A stretch of DNA of 32,000 nucleotides from positions 1,590,001 to 1,622,000 of the forward strand of contig OY969938.1 of the NCBI GenBank assembly GCA_963704755.1. Direction: 5' to 3'. Below, in pieces: positions 8,320 through 16,878 of this stretch (the stretch's first letter is position 1; each line of letters opens with the position of its first letter). This DNA is from an uncultured Chloroflexia bacterium. Lineage in GTDB: Bacteria; Chloroflexota; Anaerolineae; Anaerolineales; Anaerolineaceae. Made by a program: the position numbers and the translations under genes. A model generated the notes under the pieces. It ran no database searches and was not told the origin of the DNA. It saw nothing but the letters and a program-made list of their open reading frames with translations.

Positions 8320-9226
8320 CGAGGTCGTCCTGGTCGGTGGTTCTTCGCGTATGCCCATGGTGCAAAACCTGGTCCGCCAGTTGACCAACAATAAAGAGCC
8401 GAACAAAAGCGTTAACCCGGATGAAGTTGTGGCGGTCGGCGCCGCGATCCAGGCCGGTGTATTGGGCGGCCAGGTCAAAGATGTCCTGCTCCTGGACGTG
8501 ACCCCGCTCTCCCTGGGCGTGGAAACGATGGGCGGTGTGATGACCCCGGTCATCGAACGCAACACGACCGTACCTGTGCGCCGCTCGCAAATCTTTTCGA
8601 CCGCAGAAGATAACCAGTCGGCTGTAGATATTCACGTCCTGCAAGGCGAACGACCGATGGCCAGCGACAACAACAGCCTGGGCCGCTTCCGCTTGGACGG
8701 TATCCCGGCGTCTCCGCGGGGTATGCCCCAGGTCGAAGTTACCTTCGATATCGACGCCAACGGCATCCTCAACGTGACCGCCAAAGACAAAGCCTCCGGC
8801 AAAGAACAGCACGTGACCATCACGGCTTCAACCAACCTCAACAAATCCGACATCGAGCGCATGGTGGCCGAAGCCAAGCAAAACGAAGCCGACGATCAGC
8901 GCAAACGTGAGCTGGTCGAAGCCCGTAACCTGGCCGACAATACCATCTATCAGGCAGAAAAATCGCTGGCCGAGCTGAACGGCAATGTCCCCGCGGACCT
9001 GCGTGGGCAGATCGAGGCTCGCATCAACGACCTGCGCCAGACGGTGAACGGCAATTCGAGCGATAGCATCCGCCGCCAGACCGAAGACCTGCAGCAGCTC
9101 GCCGGCCGGCTGGCTCAAAGCAGCCAGGCCGCGGGTCAGCAGACATCTCAGGACCACGGCCCGCGCGGCAACGGTGGTGAGACCCCGGAAGGCGAAGTGG
9201 TTGAAGGCGACTTCACTGACGCCTGA
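8237..9226 (+). CDS. dnaK: chaperone DnaK (Hsp70), C-terminal fragment (frame +1 relative to 7330..8319)
   Basis: This frame is open from 8216 and reads [47 protein letters not shown].., the substrate-binding domain and lid. Confidence 0.95.
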   Translation: MTQDLVERCRVPFESALKDAGLSAGQIDEVVLVGGSSRMPMVQNLVRQLTNNKEPNKSVNPDEVVAVGAAIQAGVLGGQVKDVLLLDVTPLSLGVETMGGVMTPVIERNTTVPVRRSQIFSTAEDNQSAVDIHVLQGERPMASDNNSLGRFRLDGIPASPRGMPQVEVTFDIDANGILNVTAKDKASGKEQHVTITASTNLNKSDIERMVAEAKQNEADDQRKRELVEARNLADNTIYQAEKSLAELNGNVPADLRGQIEARINDLRQTVNGNSSDSIRRQTEDLQQLAGRLAQSSQAAGQQTSQDHGPRGNGGETPEGEVVEGDFTDA

Positions 9227-9271
9227 ACAACAGCGTAACACCAAGCCTGGAGTAATTGTTCCAGGTGGCAA

Positions 9272-9307
9272 AAAAGCCCCGGCCAGCCAGCCGGGGCTTT
9301 TATTTTT
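9272..9307 (+). terminator. rho-independent terminator after dnaK
   Basis: aaaagccccgg-ccagccag-ccggggctttt, then a T-rich run. Confidence 0.8.
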
Positions 9308-9353
9308 CGTTCTTGCCTGTAAAGAAAACCAACAAAACTGTCGATTCGCCATA

Positions 9354-10642
9354 CGTGGTGCCTCAAAATAAAATGTTACTTTGGGATAATCGTTGCCTCA
9401 AATAGAAATGTTACCGGAGAATTCTTAACAATTGATTGACCTTTTTATTGATACTGGCCTGTAAGGACACAGGGTTCAGATGAACATATTGGGCAGTAAG
9501 ACTGGCCTTGACTTTCAGGGGAAGAGAGTCCTGGGCTAAGACCCGGCGATAGGGGGTCTTGGCCAGATCATACTTACGGATCGTCTTGCCGTCAACGGTT
9601 TCTTTAGCAATCAGTTTGAGAACTGGCTGGAAAAAATTGATGTAAAGACGCAAATCGGAGTAAATGGATTTGAGCAAGGCAAGTTCTTGTGGGGTTTCGA
9701 AGCGGTCATAGCCAATGGTATGTCGAACAACCGACCAATTCTTCTGTTCCACATGAGCCTGATCATTCTTGTGGTAAGGCCGCGAACGCGTAAAGGTAAT
9801 GAGTTCGCTCTGGCAGTATCGCAAAAGTGTATCGTTGATGAATTCACTGCCATTGTCTGAATCCAATCCCAAAAGAGGAAAAGGCAGGTTATGGCGCAAT
9901 TCCTCAATGGCTTGAGAGACAGCTGTCTGGGTTTTGTTGGCCAGGCCCAGGCACTCGGTCCAGCCGGTGGCTAAATCGGTTGCAGTGAGGGTATTGAGGT
10001 AGGTACCCTCGGTGGTTGTACCACAATGGGCCACCAGGTCGATTTCCAGAAAGCCTGGCTTCTCGTCCTCCCAAGGGGTAAAGGTGCGGATGGGAATGGC
10101 TTGTTTGAGCAAACTGCCCGGTTTGGTAGTCCCAAGCCCACGTGGGGTGGGGGCGAGGCGTGCCTTTTTCAAACAGCGATCTATGGTGGCCCGGCTCAAG
10201 CTCAACAAAAGCGCTTTGGTTTCCTCGCTCAACTCTATTTCCTGCCAGCGCTCTAAAACATCCACCATTTCAGGAATAAAAGGCTGTAGTCGTTTTGAGC
10301 AGATGCACCCACTAACTTCCCAAATCTTTTCCAGAGCCACGACGACTTCCCCGTTGTATTTCTTCCGTCGCCCGGCTTTCTTCAACCCCTTTGGCTTGGA
10401 ACCATGCTTCAACAGCCGAATAGCGTATTTACGATGATATCCGCTTGTGGCGATAAATTCATCCAGAATCTGTTTCTTCTCGGCTTTCCTGGCTTTCAAA
10501 TAGCGCGGACGAATGCTTTCTAGCATCTCCCGCCGACTGCGTTGACTCATCATGAGCTCCCTCTGCGGTGCTTTATTCCGCGTTAGGGTAACATTTATTT
10601 TGAGCCAACGTTATTTCGCAAAGTAAGATTAATTGTGAGGCA
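9354..10642 (-). mobile_element. insertion sequence (~1.29 kb) with a single rve/DDE transposase; family IS481/ISNCY-like, uncertain
   Basis: Imperfect inverted ends 9359..9415 and 10587..10642, each built from two TGCCTCAAAATAAATGTTAC-like sub-repeats. Flanked by 10-bp direct repeats ATTCGCCATA (9344..9353, 10643..10652). GC is lower than in the flanks. Confidence 0.8.
9411..10553 (-). CDS. DDE (rve integrase-core) transposase
   Basis: 380 aa. N-terminal HTH-like region (ILDEFIATSGYHRKYAIRLL). Catalytic candidates are D in EIDLVAHCG, D in LDSDNGSEFIN and E in HVEQKNWSVVR, about 35 aa later. Confidence 0.85.
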   Translation of the reverse strand: MMSQRSRREMLESIRPRYLKARKAEKKQILDEFIATSGYHRKYAIRLLKHGSKPKGLKKAGRRKKYNGEVVVALEKIWEVSGCICSKRLQPFIPEMVDVLERWQEIELSEETKALLLSLSRATIDRCLKKARLAPTPRGLGTTKPGSLLKQAIPIRTFTPWEDEKPGFLEIDLVAHCGTTTEGTYLNTLTATDLATGWTECLGLANKTQTAVSQAIEELRHNLPFPLLGLDSDNGSEFINDTLLRYCQSELITFTRSRPYHKNDQAHVEQKNWSVVRHTIGYDRFETPQELALLKSIYSDLRLYINFFQPVLKLIAKETVDGKTIRKYDLAKTPYRRVLAQDSLPLKVKASLTAQYVHLNPVSLQASINKKVNQLLRILR

Positions 10643-10652
10643 ATTCGCCATA

Positions 10653-10681
10653 TTGACATAGCCTGGGATGCCATCTATACT
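10653..10681 (+). promoter_or_regulatory. near-consensus sigma70 promoter directly abutting the IS right-hand direct repeat
   Basis: TTGACA (10653..10658), 17-nt spacer, TATACT (10676..10681). Confidence 0.5.
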
Positions 10682-10900
10682 CATTAAAGTTAGACCTTCT
10701 GACAACAAAGATTAAGTTTTAAGCGGGGGCAATCATCAAAATTTCTTATCCATATCCAATCAAATAATAAATCACTCAGACTAACGAGGAAAGATTCCCG
10801 GGTATCGATGCCGCGGGTTTGAACTATGCGTACATCGAACAAGGAATAGAAGCATCTACTTACCAATAAGTACCCAAAAATCATCCAGGGGCAGGTTTCA

Positions 10901-11476
10901 ATGAACACAGATTTTTGGACGTCACCCATGGCATGGGGGGTCATCGTACCGCTGGCTATACTGGCAGATATCTTTCTCATGCGCAAAATTGCAGCCAGGC
11001 GCAGGCAAAATATAAATTCCACCGAGGTGAGCGGGACCGTTTACGTCCTGCACCGGCCTTCAGTACTGCTATCCTGGCTGCGCAAAGCCGGACTGGGGAT
11101 CGTTCATTCTTTGCCCGTCCGATGGATCATGATGCTGGTCCGGGTAACAGGCAAAGCCATTTCCTGGATAATCACAAAATTTTCCATTTTGACCAGGAAA
11201 AGGATTGTTTTACCGGGCCTGATTACCCACAATGAACCTGTTCCGCTGCGGAAGTCACCAGAGACCAGGATAAATCTCACTATGAAAATTCAAACGCTTA
11301 CTTCCTTTCACAGCGCTATTCCATTAAAACTCACCCGACTTATTTCAAAAGACAGTTCGTTGTATATCGAAATTGGGATGATCCTTGCCTGGGCTTTATG
11401 GATCGGGAAAAATTACATTAAACTTCAACCCGAGCATGATCATGACCGGAGGAGATTATCCCCTTCAGGTTTATAA
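10901..11476 (+). CDS. possible N-terminal part of the following membrane protein (frame-disrupted), or partly spurious
   Basis: 191-aa ORF with a TM-like start (MAWGVIVPLAILADIFLMRK) and a TM-like end (GMILAWALWIGK). Overlaps ORF 11385..13178 in another frame. AT-richer region. Confidence 0.35.
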   Translation: MNTDFWTSPMAWGVIVPLAILADIFLMRKIAARRRQNINSTEVSGTVYVLHRPSVLLSWLRKAGLGIVHSLPVRWIMMLVRVTGKAISWIITKFSILTRKRIVLPGLITHNEPVPLRKSPETRINLTMKIQTLTSFHSAIPLKLTRLISKDSSLYIEIGMILAWALWIGKNYIKLQPEHDHDRRRLSPSGL

Positions 11477-13178
11477 CAGTGTCATTTGGGAATGGTTTAG
11501 GAATTGTGGGTCCTGCATTTTTTGGAACGGAGCGCTCAACGGCGGCTTTCCGACTTTTGCCGATATCCAGGGATCACAATTACACCCGCTGGTCATCCTA
11601 ACCACACTCATCTGGGGCGTAATAAACGGATCAAAAATGATCATGCTGGTCGTGCTAATGCTTGCCGGCTTTAGCCAGTGGTGGCTTGCCAAAGAGCTGG
11701 GGTTTGGGCGGCTGACGCGGGGCTTAACCGGGATTCTGGCTGTGGTTGGACCACAAATTGGGCCAAAGGCCCAGGGTGGGCTGTTGAACATCGTTCTTGC
11801 CACAGTTATGGCCAGCTTGATGCTACCGTTGATTGTCAGAATGTTCAAGCGCGGGTCTAATCCAAAAATTGTGGTTTCCCTGGGCGTTTTGTTAGCACTT
11901 TTAATCTTCTCGGGCCAGGGGTATATCCAACTTTCTTTCCTTTTGGGTATTTGTCCGGTTATTTTCTTCTTATTAAACGAGTTGTTCGAACCCTTCAAAT
12001 TAAAGCCTTTGTGGAAAGATTTCGCAAAGGCTGCCCTGCTGGGCGCTCTATTGGTTGGAATTCTAATCTTGCCTTATCTTCATCTCACGTCAGCCGTAGA
12101 TAAAGAAGGAAACCTTGGGCTGGATTATGGATTATCCATCAGTCAAACATTGCACGCCCTGGTCGGTCACGTTGAATTTGACACGGCCTGGCAACTGTAT
12201 ATCGGCTGGATTCCCCTTATTTTGTTCGGAGTGGGACTTTTGTTTTCCCGAAAAGAAGATCGCAAGACGGTTTGGGCACTGGCCATCTCGGCGATATTGA
12301 TTTTATTTTGCTCCACCAATGATTTCCTGAAAATTGCATACCAGGTTGTTCCATCCATCGATCGGGTTCGCTTTCCCGACCTTTTGGCCGGCTTGAGCAT
12401 TCCCTTAATCCTGGCCGTGGTGGGATTTGGAATAGAAAATTTGACTCAATTACACCTTGAAATGCGTAATGTGCTTTCTGCCCGCTGGGTCAACCTGTTT
12501 CCAATCCTGGCAATAATTTTCCTGGGAATTTATGGCTTCAGTGCGATCCGATTAAAACAAGAAAACGCTATGGGAATGTATCTGGTTCGCATCGATGACA
12601 GTGCAGACATCGATTTCCTGTTCGATACACCAGACGTTCAATGGATTTCGGGCCTGGAAGACGACCATAGTTTCGATCTGCGCTTTTTATTGGCTGGTTA
12701 TAATCAAGTCGGGGTTTATCGGCCCTTCTACTGGATGGACCGTACCCAACCCGGTCCTTTCCTAAACCTGTTTTTCGAGGTTCCTCCCGAAACCGAACCT
12801 GTATACAAAACTTACCAAAACCTATGGCTGGTCAAAGACACGCAAAACATTTTCGCCGGAGTTGACGCCAACGCTCAGCAAACCCCCTGCACCGCCGACA
12901 ACACCGGCGGGTGGATCAGCGTCGTTTGCGACACAAACGACCCGGGTGTATTGACGGTCAAAGAGTTCTTCTGGCCGGGCTGGAAATTACGCATCGACGG
13001 CCAACCGGCTACACTCTACCACAACGGCGATTGGCTGGCCGCCATGGCCCAGCCCGGAACCCACACCTACGAATTCCTCTACGACCCCCTGGACGTGAAG
13101 CTCGGTGCGTTGATGACCTTGATCGGCATCATCACCGCGGTGATCTGGCTGCGCAAAAAACCAGAAGTCACTTATTAA
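11385..13178 (+). CDS. large polytopic membrane protein, YfhO-like / GT-C-type putative glycosyltransferase
   Basis: 597 aa from a TTG start, with more than 10 hydrophobic segments. C-terminal FFWPGWKLRIDGQPATLYHNGDWLAAMAQPGTHTYEFLYDP plus a final TM helix resembles the YfhO-family C-terminus. Assignment is by pattern only. Confidence 0.6.
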   Translation: MPGLYGSGKITLNFNPSMIMTGGDYPLQVYNSVIWEWFRNCGSCIFWNGALNGGFPTFADIQGSQLHPLVILTTLIWGVINGSKMIMLVVLMLAGFSQWWLAKELGFGRLTRGLTGILAVVGPQIGPKAQGGLLNIVLATVMASLMLPLIVRMFKRGSNPKIVVSLGVLLALLIFSGQGYIQLSFLLGICPVIFFLLNELFEPFKLKPLWKDFAKAALLGALLVGILILPYLHLTSAVDKEGNLGLDYGLSISQTLHALVGHVEFDTAWQLYIGWIPLILFGVGLLFSRKEDRKTVWALAISAILILFCSTNDFLKIAYQVVPSIDRVRFPDLLAGLSIPLILAVVGFGIENLTQLHLEMRNVLSARWVNLFPILAIIFLGIYGFSAIRLKQENAMGMYLVRIDDSADIDFLFDTPDVQWISGLEDDHSFDLRFLLAGYNQVGVYRPFYWMDRTQPGPFLNLFFEVPPETEPVYKTYQNLWLVKDTQNIFAGVDANAQQTPCTADNTGGWISVVCDTNDPGVLTVKEFFWPGWKLRIDGQPATLYHNGDWLAAMAQPGTHTYEFLYDPLDVKLGALMTLIGIITAVIWLRKKPEVTY

Positions 13179-13184
13179 TGTAAG

Positions 13185-13238
13185 GCGAGCCTAAAAACAC
13201 AGTCCCGGCAATAGCCGGGACTGTGTTTTTAGGCTCGC
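13185..13238. terminator. perfect 25-bp-stem palindrome between convergent genes (putative bidirectional terminator)
   Basis: gcgagcctaaaaacacagtcccggc-aata-gccgggactgtgtttttaggctcgc. Confidence 0.6.
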
Positions 13239-13248
13239 ACTGGCTTGC

Positions 13249-13974
<726 letters not shown>

Positions 13975-14025
13975 TTATTTCCAAGAGCCGTTCTGATAAC
14001 AGCTCCCCAGGGCTTGAGTAGTAAC

Positions 14026-14057
14026 AAAGAGCCAACCGATTTTGGTTGGCTCTTTGA
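14026..14057 (-). terminator. 13-bp-stem hairpin between tsf and pyrH (possible intercistronic attenuator)
   Basis: caaagagccaacc-gatttt-ggttggctctttg. On the minus strand only a weak CTTTGTT tract follows. Confidence 0.4.
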
Positions 14058-14066
14058 GGAATGACT

Positions 14067-14675
14067 TTATTCCCGAGTGGTTTCACCCAGCTCCCAGCGG
14101 GCAAACCGCCGGATGATGACGTTTTCTCCAGTGGAAACCACAATTTCGTTGAACAAATCCTGGACTGTTTTGGCTTCGTCGCGAATGTATTTCTGGCGCA
14201 TCAGCACATTTTCGTCTTTGAATTTGTTGAGCGAACCCTCGATGATGCGGGGAAGAATCGCCTCCGGCTTACCTTCTTCTTTGGCCTTTGCAGCAGCAAT
14301 AGCGGACTCGTGGTCCAGTGCTTCTTGGGGGATATCCTCTTCGCGGGTGTAGAGCGGAGCTGTGGCTGCAATTTGCAGGGCCAGCTCGTGGGCGAATTCG
14401 CGGAATTTGTCACTGCGGCCGACAAAATCGGTCTCGCAATTGACTTCGATCATTACGCAAACCCGGCCGCTGCCGTGAGAGTAAATATCAATTATGCCTT
14501 CTGATGCTGCACGATCGGCCCGTTTGGCTGCGGTTGCCAGGCCTTTTTCACGCAAGTAATCAACAGCTTTATCGTAATCGCCGTCGGCTGCTTCCAACGC
14601 TTTACGGCAATCGAGGATACCCGCGCTGGTTGCCTCGCGCAGTTTTTTGATCATGTCGGTGGTAATCGTCGCCAT
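14067..14675 (-). CDS. tsf: translation elongation factor Ts (short form)
   Basis: 202 aa. MIKKLREATSAGILDCRKALEAADGDYDKAVDYLREKG (UBA-like N-terminus) and VNCETDFV. Confidence 0.95.
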   Translation of the reverse strand: MATITTDMIKKLREATSAGILDCRKALEAADGDYDKAVDYLREKGLATAAKRADRAASEGIIDIYSHGSGRVCVMIEVNCETDFVGRSDKFREFAHELALQIAATAPLYTREEDIPQEALDHESAIAAAKAKEEGKPEAILPRIIEGSLNKFKDENVLMRQKYIRDEAKTVQDLFNEIVVSTGENVIIRRFARWELGETTRE

Positions 14676-14714
14676 TTATCTTACCCTTTTCATTGTAGTG
14701 TAACTGTGACAGTC

Positions 14715-15668
14715 TTATTTCTCGTCACTTTTTTCTTCGCCAGCCTCATCAACGGTTTCAGCGTTTTCGGCATCACCGGCAATTTCAGTCACATCGGCGT
14801 CAGCGCCTTCGTCTTCGTCCTCATCCCGTTCGGGCCGGGCAATTTTGGCCAAAGTGGATTTGCCTAACAAATCTGCGTCGTCCAGATCGTCTTCTTCAAG
14901 CATCTGGCGGCGTGGTCCGCGTGCGGCAGGCGTATTGCCCGCTGCTGCGGCGGCGGCTTCAGCTTCAAGCTCTTCGTCTTTGCGCATGGCTTTGCCTTCC
15001 AAAACGGCGTCGGCGACCTTGCCGACCAGCAGTTTGATGGCCCGGATGGCGTCATCGTTGGAAGGGATCACATAGTCCACGCCGTGAGGATCGCAGTTCG
15101 TATCCACCAGGGCGATGACGGGAATTTCTTTTACATTGGCTTCATGCACACCGGTCAATTCACGGGAAACATCGATCACGAAGATCAATTCCGGCAGGTG
15201 TTTCATGTTGCGGATACCGCTCAAACGCACCTCGAGACGGGCAATCTCACGCCCAATCATCAAGGCTTCTTTTTTGGTTAGGCGGTTGATCTCGCCGCTG
15301 TCGCGCAGCCCTTCCAGGCGTTCCAATTCCTTGATCCGCTCCAGAATGGTGACCCAGTTGGTGAGCGTCCCCGGCAGCCAGCGCTCGGTTACGTAAGGCA
15401 TACCGCAGCGGGTTGCCTCTTCTTTGATCGTCTCCTGGGCCTGGCGTTTGGTACCGACGAAAAGAACGGTGCCGCCTTCGGATACGGTCTTGCTGACCAC
15501 CTGAAAGACCGTGTTGATCGACTTGACAGTCTGCTGTAAATCAATGATGTGAATCCCATTCCGTTCGGTGAAGATGTACGGCCGCATGGACGGGTTCCAC
15601 TTGTTGGTGCGATGGCCAAAATGGACACCACTTTCCAACAGGGCTTTCATAGAAATGATGGAAGCCAT
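14715..15668 (-). CDS. rpsB: 30S ribosomal protein S2 with long acidic C-terminal extension
   Basis: ORF 14715..15716. Preferred start is ATG 15668 ([26 protein letters not shown]..), with AAGGAG upstream. The last ~90 aa are rich in Ala, Asp and Glu. Confidence 0.93.
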   Translation of the reverse strand: MASIISMKALLESGVHFGHRTNKWNPSMRPYIFTERNGIHIIDLQQTVKSINTVFQVVSKTVSEGGTVLFVGTKRQAQETIKEEATRCGMPYVTERWLPGTLTNWVTILERIKELERLEGLRDSGEINRLTKKEALMIGREIARLEVRLSGIRNMKHLPELIFVIDVSRELTGVHEANVKEIPVIALVDTNCDPHGVDYVIPSNDDAIRAIKLLVGKVADAVLEGKAMRKDEELEAEAAAAAAGNTPAARGPRRQMLEEDDLDDADLLGKSTLAKIARPERDEDEDEGADADVTEIAGDAENAETVDEAGEEKSDEK

Positions 15669-15852
15669 AATTCTACTAATCTCCTTTGCGTTAGTCCTCC
15701 GCCCCCTTCTCTCCATATCTGCACCGGCCTCTTGGCCGGCACGCCAGGTATGGTCCAGGAGCGTGCGAGTTAATATTGCCTGTTCCCTCGGAACAGCCGG
15801 TCAAGTATATCATGAGTCTGGAAAAAGCGTCCAGTGCTCAAACAAGCAAATA

Positions 15853-15994
15853 CAGGGCGATTGCAGCCTGCCTGCTTTTCGAGGGCAATTCCCCAAAGAA
15901 TGGGTTTTTGAGTGTTATTGTAGGGCGTAGCCCCACAATGACACTCAAAATTATCTCTCTGTTGGGACTAAATTGGCATGATGCGCTTGCCCTG
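15853..15994 (+). mobile_element. MITE-like structured repeat, copy A (142 bp)
   Basis: Flanked by the 10-bp duplication CAAGCAAATA (15843..15852, 15995..16004). Ends are CAGGGCGATTGC / GCGCTTGCCCTG. Aligns over its full length with 19635..19776 (reverse) and 26418..26560. Confidence 0.85.
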
Positions 15995-16103
15995 CAAGCA
16001 AATATCTGAGGATACTGGCGCGATTAAACCACACAATCACCCTCTCGTTCGCGGTATCTGAGCAGTTAACCCGGGCTAATTAAAAAGAAAAAGCTTTTTG
16101 ATC

Positions 16104-16132
16104 TTGACAAATATGGTAATATTCATTAAATT
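16104..16132 (+). promoter_or_regulatory. candidate promoter for the small Cys-rich protein gene
   Basis: TTGACA (16104..16109), 17-nt spacer, TAAATT (16127..16132). Confidence 0.4.
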
Positions 16133-16193
16133 TAGGTTATATCCAAAAGCCGTCTATGGAGCGTTCAGGTAGATTTGTCACCCGAACAAATCC

Positions 16194-16210
16194 CCAAAAA
16201 TAATTTTTGG
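16194..16210. promoter_or_regulatory. 17-bp perfect palindrome CCAAAAATAATTTTTGG (possible operator) in the 5' UTR
   Basis: Read directly. The half-site CCAAAAATAAT recurs at 16240..16250, 25 nt before the ATG. Confidence 0.3.
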
Positions 16211-16274
16211 CCATCTTGCCTCATTCTTCAGCGGGTTTGCCAAAAATAATCCCTTATCGGTTAAAGGAGTCGTC

Positions 16275-16475
16275 ATGAGCATTTACGAAGAGGAACAAAG
16301 CACTTGCGCTTGTGGAGGCACGTGCAGTTGTGGACAAGGCCACACTGACGAGGCCGAAGAAATCGAGCTGACCCGCGAAGAATACGTTCTCCGCCTGGAG
16401 CAATACCTGCGCGATCTGCATGCTGAAATCGTACTGGTAGAGCGTGAGCTGGAAATGCTAAAAGAACCGGCCTGA
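16275..16475 (+). CDS. small acidic protein with N-terminal CxC-x3-CxC..H motif and helical C-terminal half; function unknown
   Basis: 66 aa, AAGGAG 6 nt upstream, own terminator. Motif is STCACGGTCSCGQGH, followed by a heptad-like EEYVLRLEQYLRDLHAEIVLVERELEMLKE. Confidence 0.65.
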   Translation: MSIYEEEQSTCACGGTCSCGQGHTDEAEEIELTREEYVLRLEQYLRDLHAEIVLVERELEMLKEPA

Positions 16476-16509
16476 ACCCGGGTCGATTTTTGCCAGAAAA
16501 GTAGCCTGT

Positions 16510-16542
16510 AAGGACCGCCTCAACGACGGTCCTTTTTGTTTT
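16510..16542 (+). terminator. rho-independent terminator
   Basis: aaggaccg-cctcaacga-cggtcctt followed by tttgtttt. Confidence 0.75.
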
Positions 16543-16594
16543 GGCCAGCGCCTCCGGTATTCCGTGGAAGAGTACGCTTTCATAAAGAATCTGG

Positions 16595-16675
16595 AACTGC
16601 CCAGCCTAACTGGGAAGAACCCCGCAAACACCTCAAATTCGCGGTCTTTATAATAGAGTACCGAGTAGCTACAAG
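16595..16675. repeat. dispersed repeat family, shorter copy lacking the left hairpin arm
   Basis: aactgcccagcctaactgggaagaacccc + gcaaacacctcaaattcgcgg + ctttataatagagtaccgagtagctac parallels 5019..5130. Confidence 0.65.
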
Positions 16676-16878
16676 AAACTCATTATTCCGCGCCGGCATG
16701 AAGTAGAATTAACCCGCAGGCGGATTCCCGTCCACAGAACGAACGCAATCTCCAATCGCCGCCTGAGCGCAGAATTCCAGTCTTCATAAGCTCTTCGTTT
16801 CGCGGTTCTGCACCAGAAGTGGGAAACAAAGCATATCATCACAGGCAAAGCCATTATTATTGAGGCAAAGAGGAAACC

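Noticed and set aside
15776-16009. ORFs spanning the MITE copies (15776..16009 +, 19554..19823 -, 26204..26599 + and 26347..26547 +) encode similar peptides (..LKIISLLGLNWHDA..), which could suggest a small conserved protein family.
   Set aside because: The similarity is at the nucleotide level across a 142-bp element with target-site duplications. Copy C has a 1-nt indel that breaks the shared frame. There is no RBS or consistent start, and the ORFs extend arbitrarily into unrelated flanks.
16709-16723. 15-nt identity ttaacccgcaggcgg at 16709..16723 and 17922..17936, both upstream of plus-strand genes.
   Set aside because: Borderline for chance, with no extended flanking similarity and no symmetric operator structure shared by both sites. 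Noted but not supportable as a feature.
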